Positions 53,701 through 64,000 of a DNA stretch of 64,000 nucleotides are shown here, piece after piece; within the stretch, counting starts at the first letter, position 1; each line of letters opens with the position of its first letter. Below the pieces are notes generated by a model. That model did not search any database. It saw only the letters and a program-made list of their open reading frames with translations, and had not been told where the DNA came from. The translations under genes were made by a program, and so were the position numbers. This DNA comes from the human T2T-CHM13v2.0 reference genome, Homo sapiens, in the NCBI RefSeq assembly GCF_009914755.1, contig NC_060928.1; one strand, written 5' to 3'.

Positions 53701-54572
53701 TTCATGAAAAAAATTAACAAAAAAATTAACTCACAATGGACTAAAGACTTTAACAAAAGACTGAAAACTTAAGAAAATGTAGCAGAAAACCATTATAACA
53801 TTGGTCTTGGCAATGATTTAATGGATTTTATACCAAAAGCACAGTCAACAGAAACAAAAATAAACAAGTGGGACTACATTAAAGCAAAACACTCTTGCAC
53901 AGCAAAGGAAACAATTAAGAGACTAAAAAGATAACCGATAGAATTGGAGAAAATATTTGCAAGCCATGTATTTGATAAAGAGTTAAAACACCAAAATATA
54001 TAGGAATAAACATGACTCAATAGTTAAAAAATGAATAACTCTATTAAAAATTGGGCTAAGGACTTGAATAGATATTTCTCCAAAGAAGACAAACAAATGG
54101 CCAACGGATATATGAAAAAATGCCCAACATCACTAACCATTAGGGAAATGCAAGTCAAAACCACAGTAAGATGTCACCTCACACCTGTCAAGTTGGTGGT
54201 TTTAAAAAATAAAAAGACAATAAATATTGTCAAGGATAGGGAGATACTGGAACCCTTGCATGCTGTTGGTAAATGCAAAGTGGTGCAGCCACTATAGAAA
54301 ACAGTATAGGGGTACCTCAAAAACTTACAAAGATCACTACCATCTAATCCAGCTTTTGGATATTTATTCAAAAGAATTGAAATCAGAAATTTGAGGATAT
54401 ATTAGCATTCCTATATTCATTATAGCATTATTCACAATAGCCAAGATGTGGAAACAACATATATTTTCATTGTAAGGTAAATAGATAATGAAAATGTGAC
54501 ACACTGGAATACTATTAAGCCTTAGAAAAAGAAGGAAATTCTGCAATATACAATAACATAAATAAACTGTGA
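50790..54572 (+). mobile_element. Old L1M (L1MA/MB-type): 5'UTR-like start fused to degraded ORF2
   Basis: GTGACATCAGCAACATGGTGGAGTAGG start; EN motifs ITVGDFNIPLS and FSDHNEIKLE; RT and C-terminal remnants. Confidence 0.85.
53543..53790. repeat. Three tandem copies of a ~85-92-bp L1-derived unit
   Basis: GACTGAAAACTT(A/G)AGAAAATGTAGCAGAA at ~53578, ~53668 and ~53759. Confidence 0.92.
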
Positions 54573-54576
54573 CCTG

Positions 54577-54898
54577 TTTTTTTTTGTTTTTTGTTTGTTT
54601 GTTTGTTTCTTTGTTTGAGATGGAGTCTCGCTCTGTCGCCCAGGCTAGAGTGCAGTGGCACAATCTTGGCTCACTGCAAGCTCTGACTGTTAGGTTCACG
54701 CCATTCTCCTACCTCAGCCTCCCAAGTAGCTGAGACTACAGGCGCCCGCCACCACGCCCGGCTAATTTTTTTGTATTTTTAGTAGAGACGGGGCTTCACT
54801 ATGTTAGCCAGGATGGTCTCGATCTCCTGATCCCATGATCTGCCCGCCTCAGCCTCCCAAAGTGCTAGGATTACAGGCGTGAGCCACCATGCCTGGCC
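54577..54898 (-). mobile_element. AluY-like element
   Basis: TGCAAGCTC...GTTCACGCCATTCTCC and GGATGGTCTCGATCTCCTGA diagnostics; retained CpGs; ~19-bp TSD ATAAACTGTGACCTGTTTT. Confidence 0.95.
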
Positions 54899-55275
54899 CA
54901 TAAACTGTGACCTGTTTTATCTTTACGAAAACTTTAGAATTTTTTTTCTTTATTCCTATTGTTCTGAAAGTTTATGATGGTAGGCCATGAAATGGGTTTT
55001 CATTATGTATGGCACTTTTCATGGAAAGAGATTCAAATTTGAATACTTGGTATTTTCTCTAGGGTCATTCAGAACTTCCTGCCTAGATACATTACTTCAG
55101 AAATTCCAGAAATAAAAGAGGTGGTTAAGGATCTCACAGTGGGGTATATAGTCTTTCACCAAAAACCATGTTTTCAGCTGCTTACCTCATTCCTGTGTTC
55201 TTAAATGCCTAGTGTCCCCTTCTCCTGAATAAAACAATAGTCTCTAGAGAGTTGGGGAAGGTCTATAATTGCTCT

Positions 55276-55625
55276 CTGCTATAAACTGAGTGTATGTGTT
55301 CCCCCCAAATTTTGATGTTGGAATCCTAACCCCCAATGTGATGGTAGTAGGAAGTAGGACCTTTGGTAGGTAATTAGATCATGAGGGAAAAGCCTTCATA
55401 AATGATATTAATGCCCTTATAAAAGGACCCTAGAGAGCTTCCTCAACCCATTCACTTGAGAACACAACAAGATGAACCAGGAAGTGGGCCCTTATCAGAC
55501 ACTGAATCTGCCTGTGTCCTGATCTTGGAATTCCCAGCCTCTAGAACTGTGAGAAATAAATTTCTGTGTTTACAAAACACAAGTCTATGGTAGTTTGTTG
55601 CAGCAAGCTAAAGAAAGCAAGACAT
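55276..55625 (+). mobile_element. MLT1A/MSTD-like MaLR LTR
   Basis: TGCTATAAACTGAGTG...CCTAACCCCCAATGTGATGGTA...CCAGCCTCTAGAACTGTGAGAAATAAATTTCTG. Confidence 0.8.
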
Positions 55626-55957
55626 TCTCCATAATACCTAGGCCTTCCAATTGATGAGTCTCTTATAGGCTCTGCACCGTGATTGGCTTACATCAGTAGG
55701 CCCCCAACTATAAGCATTTAGATGGTAATCAACTTATTCAGTTACCTTTCTTCCATCTAATTTACAGCTTCCAGACATTTACTGAGATCTTCTCTATGCT
55801 GTAGTCTCATTTCTAATACTTTTGTCCTTGATTTTTAATATTTTTCTGACCTTTGATCCTATTTGAGAGTTTTGAAAGAGAGAGGAAGAGATGGTCAATC
55901 TCTTAAGAAATGTAGCAAAAAATACAGAAATTTCAAAAATAGTTAGGTAATCTATAA

Positions 55958-56282
55958 TACAGACTGAATATTTTTTATCCAAAATGCCCGGGACCAGAAG
56001 TATTTCAGATTTGGAAATATTTGCATATACATAATGAGGTATCTTGGGATAAGACCCAAGTGTAAACATGAAATTTATTTTTTTATACATCCTATTCATA
56101 TAGCCTGAAAATAATTTTATACAATATTTTAAATAATCTTGTGCATGAAACAAAGTTGTGACTACCACTCATCACGTGAGGTCAGGTATAGAATTTTCCA
56201 CTTGTGGCATCTTGACCCCTCTCAAAATGTTTCAGATTTTGGAGCATTTCAGATTTCTTAGATTATGGGTGCTCAGCTTGTA
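55958..56282. mobile_element. Tigger4/MER46-like TcMar element
   Basis: TACAGACTGAATATTTTTTATCCAAAATGC...GATTATGGGTGCTCAGCTTGTA; degenerate TIRs with TA ends. Confidence 0.8.
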
Positions 56283-56719
56283 CTTATCTATTTCTTCTTG
56301 AGTTTAACATTGCAACTCTTAGATTTTGTATTCCCATAATTTTCCAATGATGAAAACTATTATGAATCATGGACTTACAGGATTAGAAGAGGGCTTGGAA
56401 ATTAATTTTACAGATGAGTTAATGGCAGAAGCAGAAAGAGAATATTTATTTCAGTATTCTAGTTAACAGTATTAGGTATATTAGCATAGAAAATTTCACT
56501 AAGTAAAATGAAGAAATGCATTGCTCATTATGCCAATATGAGAAATATAATTGCCTGAATTGAATTTGAAGGCAAATGAAGTTATGTATACGAAAAGATT
56601 ATTTGCCTTAATGTACAAAGTCATTTCAAACCCATTTAGCACAAGAAAGAATCTGACAAAATAAATCCAGCAAACAACTCAAAACAAAATATTAATAAAT
56701 GAGTTTATAATTTAGAGCA

Positions 56720-57170
56720 AAAGCTAGGCTACAGAAATAAACAGTCCCCAAAATATAGTGGCTTAAAAAACATAGATGTTTATTTTTATCCCATGTAACA
56801 GTCATGAGTGAGCAGTCCAAGCCAGCTGAGTGGTTTTACTTCTCACTATCATTCAGAGACCCCATTTCCTTCCATCTTGTAGTTCTTCCAACACATCATC
56901 AAGCATCATCTATGTTCCAGTTCTCAGACAGGTGAAAAAAACATGAGAAAGCAGGCATTCCATGTTTTAAGGCCAAAATCTCTTAAGAGGCACATTGTCT
57001 TTTTTGCTTGCATTGCGTACTATGCACAAAGTGAAACATAGCTGCATGGTGGTTGGGAAAAGAAGCCAGTAACTGAGCAGCCATATGTACAAGAAGGCAA
57101 GTATGAATTTTTGCTGCAGAAGATGGGAAGAGTAGATTTTAATGATGACTGACTGCCTCTGACACAAGAT
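56720..57170. mobile_element. Old MLT1-type LTR
   Basis: AGTGGCTTAAAAACATAGATGTTTATT...CATTCAGAGACCCC...TTCCATCTTGT. Confidence 0.55.
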
Positions 57171-57191
57171 ACTACATTTCATGATTCAAAC

Positions 57192-57825
57192 TGCACTGTT
57201 GGTGGCAGTGTAAATTAGTTCAACCATTGTGGAAGATAGAGCAGCAATTCCTCCAGGATCTAGAACTAGAAATACCATTTGACCCAACAATCCTATTACT
57301 GGGTATATACCCAAAGGATTATAAATCATTCTACTATAAAGATACATGCACATGTATGTTTATTGAGGCACTGTACACAATAGCAAAGACTTGGAACCAA
57401 CCCAAATGTCCATCAATGATAGACTGGATAAATAAAATGTGGCACATATACACCATGGAATACTATGCAACCATAAAAAAGGATGAGTTCATGTCTTTTG
57501 TAGGGACATGGATGAAGCTGGAAACCATCATTCTCAGCAAACTAACACAAGAACAGAAAACCAAACACTGCATGCTCTCACTCATAAGTGGGAGCTGAAC
57601 TATGAGAACACGTGGACACAGGAAGTGGAACCTCACCCACTGGAGCCTCTAGGAGGGTGGGGGTCTAGGGGAAGGATAGCATTAGGAGAAATACCTAATG
57701 TAGATGACGGGTTGATGGGTGCAGCAAACCGCCACGGCACGTGTATACCTATGTAACAAACCTGCACGTTCTGCACATGTATCCCAGAACTTAAAGTAAA
57801 ATAATAAATAATAAAATAAAATAAT
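57192..57825 (+). mobile_element. 5'-truncated L1PA7/8-like 3' end
   Basis: ORF2 C-terminus 57227-57598, 3'UTR, A-rich tail. Confidence 0.95.
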
Positions 57826-59239
57826 ATCATAGAGTAACAAAGAACTTGCAACAGCAAAAGTTAAAACACCAAGCAAGATATTATAACCTATAAAAATTGA
57901 AAAGAAAAAGGAATGGGTAAAAGAATGTAAAGAAAGAAGAAATAATTTTATTTACTATTCACAGATACTGTTTAAAGAAGTAGGGGGTTAGAGCATTATG
58001 TAAAGTTACAGCTATCAATGTCACAAATAGAACACAAATACAAACCTTCCAAACACACACACACATAATCAAAAGAACGAAAACACACCAAAAAACTTTA
58101 AAGCCACAAAAAACATTTTAAGGCATAATGGGTTATAAAAGTATGACCTCAAAATAACTGTCATTTCAACAAAAGTCTAAACTAATCTACTAAAAGAAGA
58201 AAAACATCACTTTTTTACTAGTTAAATTTAGTTTCTCACCTTTCTCATTTTGATTCATTATATCCCTTACTGAAATTTTAGGTGTGTCTATTCTCCTTAG
58301 TGATGTTTGGTCTGTATAATTTGCCCCGAGTGTCATACTGACTTTCATCATGGGAATCACCTTGGCCTATCCTTCCTAACAACCTTTATTAAATCTTTAA
58401 CATCAGTTCTCACGGGTGAGTGAACATAGTCAAATGGTTCTGACTTCAAGGCTTTAATGGAGGTCAGCTTGTTAATATGAAATATCAATCAAAACAAAAA
58501 TTCCAAGCATATCTTAAAGGAGTTGAACTACATTAAAAAATCTTGGAGAGGCTCTGAATTAATTTGCTCAGAATATTTATTTCTTTTCCATTAACAAGGT
58601 TGGGCCAACATTATGTGGGTGGTAAAATTTGTTTTTTTCTTAATGGATCACTGATACTCCATGATCTTTTAAAATCCACTCCACAAGTCAACTTTGCAAA
58701 AATACTAGATTCTCAAAACATCCGCATACACTTGCAAATGTGGACCACCAAAGGAAAAGAGACAACTACAGAATGTCATGTCCAAAATGAGGCACGGGAT
58801 TTAGGGACTATAAACTGCGAACTGAACTTCATGTCCAGGACTTATTTCATCCACAGGATTGTTTTAAAAGGTAATGATTGAAGTTGCAAGTATTTTTCAA
58901 AGAGTTCTTATTCTGAAGAAAGAAATAATAATAATAAAGATGTCTAGTATTAACATTTTGAGCCCATGTTTACCACATTAAAGAACAGTATTTTATGGTT
59001 TTCTTGGAGTATGTACAAGAGGGGTAGGTCATCAATATGAACAATTTAACCATATTATATATGATTACTTTTCTATTATTGATAAAATTATAAGCACACT
59101 AGTAAACAAAATATCACATATTGACTTTTTCATTAAATTGGCACTATCCTTTTAACTTTGAAACTTAAGGTTTTCTAGCCTGGATTAATAATTTATATTT
59201 GTGTTTTTTAGAATTTTGAAATGATTGCTATCTTTTATC

Positions 59240-59410
59240 TCATTTATTTCTCACACAGCCTTGTAAGGTAGTGAGAGCCAATATTTTCCCCATATTACCA
59301 GTGAGGAAGTGGAGTCTCTCAATGTTGAGAAGATAAAATCTTGCTTCCTGAGTATAACTGGTCTGGGAGCTTTTTGTTACCAAGAGCCATCTTTCTTAAA
59401 GCTCACAAAC
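59240..59410 (-). mobile_element. MIR fragment
   Basis: TCTCACACAGCCTTGTAAGGTAG...CCCCATATTACCAGTGAGGAAG. Confidence 0.55.
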
Positions 59411-59588
59411 CTGCTACCTTCTATCCAGAAGTTCATGCACTGTACATGTTTGAAACAATTCTTAGGTACCTCGGGAAAAAGCAGAAGAGATGAAAAGCAA
59501 AATAAAGTCTTGTTCCCCACCCAGGAGGAAATTTAGTACAAAAAAATCTTTGGAAACACAGACTCCCACAAACACAACCACTTCTAAC

Positions 59589-59709
59589 CTTGCTATAAAT
59601 GGCATACAGTCTAATTCTTGCTAAAAAACCCGTCCACAGAGGGACCAAATCACTGCAGATTCGCCAAGGGCTGAAGCATCCTTTGGCTATTCTGAACTCC
59701 ATTCAGAAG
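59589..59709 (-). ncRNA. Candidate 121-nt exon containing an ATG at 59702
   Basis: Acceptor gattgttcttttaag| and moderate donor AAG|gttaga; non-repeat, locally GC-richer sequence. Confidence 0.3.
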
Positions 59710-61394
59710 CTTAAAAGAACAATCTAACCAGTAAGAAAACTATATTTAACCACAGAATATAAGTGCTTGCTGAAGTTTTCTTGCATATACATATTTTAAT
59801 ATATACATAAAACCGGGATATGAGTTGCACTTTCTACCTAGCATAAATTCATTATAAATTTGCATATTTTCAATTCCAATTCCAATGTTAATTTCAAAGT
59901 GGGAAAGTAAGATTTTTCTGTCAAATTATTATATTTAAATAGTAATTCTGTATTTCTCTACTTTTACTTCCATATTGACTATCAGAAGTTGCCTCAAGTT
60001 TATAATACTGTTTAAATTTGAGTAACAGGATTCCTGTTAAGGTGAAGGTTATATCAAGTGCCAGTTGAGGGAAAAATTTAAAACTTAAGGTACATTCTCC
60101 TGTGCCTAAGGATGAGAACTGCAGGTTGCATTTGACCAGACTGTCTTTGTTCTGGGTTCAGTCACTTGAATGGCCCTACTGAGTTATGCAAAGGTAATGT
60201 GAGCTGCAGCCTTTGTCATCAAGGAAGTTGTAACCAGACTATTTATTTGTTTGTTTGTTTGTTTCTGGATTAGCAAAAACTGCCTCAGTAGAACTAGTTA
60301 CTGGGGAAAGGCAGATAAACTTGTATGAGAAAACTTCATCTTTTTTGGAAGAAAAAAAGTGAAAGTTCCCATTCCTACTGTTCCTACTTCTCAAAATTCA
60401 GCATTAGGAAGTCTTGTTGATATAGAGGAGACCACAGTGGCAGGAGTAAGGCCCAGGTGTAGGATAGATTAAGTAATCAAGTAAATTAAAATTGCCAGTA
60501 GAAAATGAGGATTCTGGGCCAAAAACTGGAGTTCAGCAACAGGACCAAAGGTTTTGTCAAGGAAGGCTGTCATGGTACCAGCAGTTTCACTGGATAGCAT
60601 CTGTCTAGCATGGTTGCTGGGCAGTGCAGAGCAATGGCTGACTGTGGGAACATGAAACAGGGAGAGCTGTAACACTGGAGCTCAATGAGGCATCCGCAGC
60701 CTGAATAAGACCTGGATCAGAAGGACCACCTAACAGCAGTGGACCAACCCCTATTCTAACCCATAGCCACTCCTCGGCAGGGAGAAGCAAAAGCAATAGT
60801 AGACTGAAGAGGCTCCACGTATTTTTTTTCTTTCCATAGCATTTGGAAAAAGACTAACCCCTGATTGATTGTAAAAGGTCTTGGAATTGTTGAACAATTG
60901 AAAAATTAATGGAGTTTCAAGAGAATATAAACTGCCTGATAATAAGTAGGTGCCAATGCAGTTTATTGAAAAAAATAAAAGAAAAGCTATGTGAAATTAT
61001 TCTACTCAAGTTTAAGACATACATGACATATTTTGAAGTGCTGCCACATATAACAATATCCCAATTATGATTCAATAAATACTTTATAAATAGTATTTGT
61101 AAGCCTTCAGTAAATAAGTTTGTTCAGGAGCAAAATACATTTTTAATTTATTTACGTGGGTGATTCTTACATTGAGGACAGTTGTGTCATAGAGCCCTTC
61201 ACAAATCTTAAGAAAACTATGGACTTCTATACAAAAGTGTGCCTACAGATGGCATATATACCAATTTTGCATGTAATTTAAGGATTTCATGGATTCCCTG
61301 AAGCCCATATACTGATCACATAGAAAAATGCTCCTCAAAGTTTGGACTAAGGACCACTTTTGTAAAAAATCACTTGGATTGATGGTTAAAAGTG

Positions 61395-61590
61395 AGGTGG
61401 TATACAGAGTGGTTGAGACAACAGACTACAGACCTGGTCTGCCTGGTTGAAAAGCCTGGCATTACCACTCACTAGCTCTTAGACCTCTCTGTGTCTGTTT
61501 CCTTCTCCTCTTTGTACTAAGATTAAGTTAGTAACTATCTGTAAATTACTGCCTGGCATATAGCAAGTACTATAAAATTATGAGCTTAAA
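61395..61590 (+). mobile_element. MIR SINE
   Basis: AGAGTGGTTGAGA...ACCACTCACTAGCT...TGCCTGGCATATAGCAAGTACT. Confidence 0.65.
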
Positions 61591-61944
61591 AAATTAAAAT
61601 ATCTGGATCTCACCCTGTAACTACTACATCAGGACCTTTAGGCACCAAGCCCTAGAGTCAGCATTTTAAATAAGCGCCTTTGGTGACCTTTATGCACTTT
61701 CATGTTTATACACTTCTTTGGCACTTTTATCCAAAGCCGTGGAAACCCCAAAGACATCTATCAAGAACTTGTTCTTCATATGGCAACCATATGGTATTGC
61801 AATCTTTCTTGTCTAAATTTACAGATTTACCATTACAGACTCAAAATTGGTTAAGAATGCTTCGTATCATTTGTTTCTATTGTCATAGAAACATATAAAA
61901 TCAGTAAAGTTACTACACATTACCCAGTATGTTTTTGTTTTCAC

Positions 61945-62214
61945 TTTTTTTTACAGGTAGGGGTCTCACTATGTGGCCCAGCCTAGTCTGGCTATGTTGC
62001 CCAGGCTGGTCTGGAACTTCTGGCCTCAAGTGATGTTCCTGTGTTAGCCTCCCAAGTAGCTGAAATTATAGGCCCAAGCCAGTATGCCCAGCACCAGTAT
62101 TTTTTAAAATACAAACCTTCTCCAGCTTGAACCCAGGAGGTGGAGGTTGCAGTGAGCCAAGATCGCACCATTGCACTCCAGCCTGGGCAATAGAGAGAGA
62201 CTCCGTCTCCAAAA

Positions 62215-62262
<48 letters not shown>

Positions 62263-62330
62263 TAAAAAGCTTCTTCAAAATGGCTGGGCTACATAGCAAG
62301 ACCCTGTCTCAAAACAAAACAAACAAAAAA
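61945..62330. mobile_element. Cluster of Alu fragments: minus monomer-like piece 61945-62095, plus right-arm piece 62124-62261 with (TAA)n tail, plus 3' stub 62284-62330
   Basis: Alu motifs in both orientations; ~15 TAA units at 62214-62261. Confidence 0.8.
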
Positions 62331-62659
62331 CCTCTCCTAAATGGATGAAATAGTTAAGGAATCTTATGTTATGCCCCTCCTTTCCTCTGCTCTGTTGTTA
62401 TGGGCTGAAGTTCATAAGTGCCATTGTGGTTGCCCTCATCACATCACATTTCAAGTCATCATTGTTAGCACAATGGTCCCTGTGGCTGAAAGGACTAGTG
62501 GTATCCTGACACACCATCAGTATTCAGCTAGTGAGAACTCAGGTTATCTCATTCAAAACATATACCTATGGAGCACTTCAACATGCCAGACACTAGGGAT
62601 TCCTCAGTGAATAAAACATATTATTCTGATAAGAAGTTAAAAAAAAAGTTATCTTCTTT

Positions 62660-62960
62660 AAGAGGTGTGACTTCAGATTGGAAGAGACTAAGGATTATCT
62701 GAAAACTAAACACAATGTGGGATCCTGGAATAGATATAGGAACCAAGAAAGTTTGTTGGTGAAAAAACTGAGGACATTTGAATGAGGCTTTTAGTTCAGT
62801 TAACAGTATTGTACTGATGTTACTTTCTTGGGTTTAATCATTGTACTACAGTTATGTAAGATGTTCACATGTTAGGGAAAGCTGAACAAAAATTATATAA
62901 GGACTCTGTACTACTTTTATAACTTTGCCTAAAATTATTTCAAAATACAATGTTTTAAAT
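62660..62960 (+). mobile_element. L1ME/L1MC-type 3'UTR remnant
   Basis: AGAGACTAAGG...ATTTGAATGAGG...GTTATGTAAGATGTT...GGACTCTGTACTAC. Confidence 0.55.
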
Positions 62961-63004
62961 TTAAAAGAGATTATTTTTATTTTTATGCATATTTTTTATT
63001 TTCA

Positions 63005-63213
63005 AAAAATTTATTTTTGAGACAGGGTCTTGCTCTGTTGCCCAGGCTGGAGTGCAGTGGCATGATCATAGCTCACTCTAATCTTGATCTCCCAGGTTCA
63101 AACAATCCTCCTGCCTCAGCCTCCTGAGTAGCTAGGACTATAGGTGTGTGCCACCACACCTGGCTAATTTTTTATATTTTGTAGAGACAGAGTTCTGCTA
63201 TGTTACCTAGGCT
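63005..63213 (-). mobile_element. Truncated AluJ-like element
   Basis: GAGACAGGGTCTTGCTCTGTTGCCCAGG...GATCATAGCTCAC; stops within the left arm. Confidence 0.88.
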
Positions 63214-63734
63214 GCGATGCATATATTTGCTTAAAAAAAAATTATCATCTGGAAAAGAGTGAATATGTCAAATACTAATCCCTAAATAACACTGCAATGG
63301 TTAGGGAAAAAATACCTGTAGAAATACTTCTGTGATGTCACATACCATTTCCACAGCAGGCACGTTGTTAACAGTTTTACACTGCCCATGACTTGACTGT
63401 CTGCCTGGAGTTTCAAATAGCCCTATAGCCTACCCACATGGAGAGTGGCTGTGTTACTCCATTTTAGTCTCCTCTTATTGATTGTTGGCCTGGATCAAGT
63501 CCAGACATGGGCAATAGCTCTTGAACACTGTAATTGTGTATTCTACTCTAACTCCTGCAGTAGATCAGTCCCTAGGCACCTCTCTCACCCTAATAGGAGT
63601 AGCTAGGTGAGTCTGTCTGATTTCACATACATAACACTCTGAGGGCTAATACTTTCCCTTTTGGATTCTCCACACCATGATTAGTCAAATCTCTTTGCTG
63701 TAACATTGGTATTTGCTACCCCTATGTCTTCAAT

Positions 63735-63850
63735 CATTTAACATATATTTATTGAACACCTATAATATTATATGTTATGCACTGACAAAACAATGAGAAC
63801 ACAGAAAGTAGACATGATAGGCATGGATCTTATACTTACGGAGCTTGGCG
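63735..63850 (-). mobile_element. L2 3' end fragment
   Basis: CATTTAACATATATTTATTGAACACCTA...AATGAGAACACAG. Confidence 0.55.
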
Positions 63851-64000
63851 AATAAATAGTTGGCTCTGTTTTCTTTCCTTTTTCTTCCTTTTTTTTTCTT
63901 CATTTCGGATCTTGAATGATGACTTCTCTGTGGTTCCTAAAAAGGTTTTTTAAAAAATTACTTCAAATCTTAGGTTATTGTGTAAAAAATCCTGATTGTA

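Noticed and set aside
60430-60820. GC-richer island as a processed pseudogene or coding exon
   Set aside because: No recognisable protein, poly(A) or TSD; may be an ancient LTR fragment but I cannot assign it.
62066-62299. Poly-tyrosine ORF
   Set aside because: Translation of the (TAA)n Alu tail on the minus strand.

Overview
AT-rich, CpG-depleted primate (human-like) genomic DNA dominated by interspersed repeats. By my manual tally roughly 40-45% is LINE-1. This includes an old near-full-length L1MA-type element (+) interrupted by a full-length L1PA7/8-type element (-) and a MER30, and two 5'-inverted (twin-primed) L1 insertions. The rest comprises Alu/FLAM SINEs with visible target-site duplications, MaLR solo LTRs (MST/THE1/MLT1), an ERVL remnant, hAT and Tigger DNA-transposon fossils, MIR/L2 and a ~1.06 kb pure A/T repeat. 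No intact protein-coding gene is recognisable: the ORF track is almost entirely broken L1 ORF1/ORF2, Alu and chance ORFs. The most notable non-repeat signals are (i) a chain of minus-strand candidate exons with canonical splice sites suggesting a spliced lncRNA, with a speculative 90-aa micro-ORF; (ii) a near-perfect 38-bp inverted duplication 1.8 kb apart next to a perfect hairpin; and (iii) several other template-switch or tandem-duplication scars. Repeat subfamily names come from recalled consensus motifs, not a database search.
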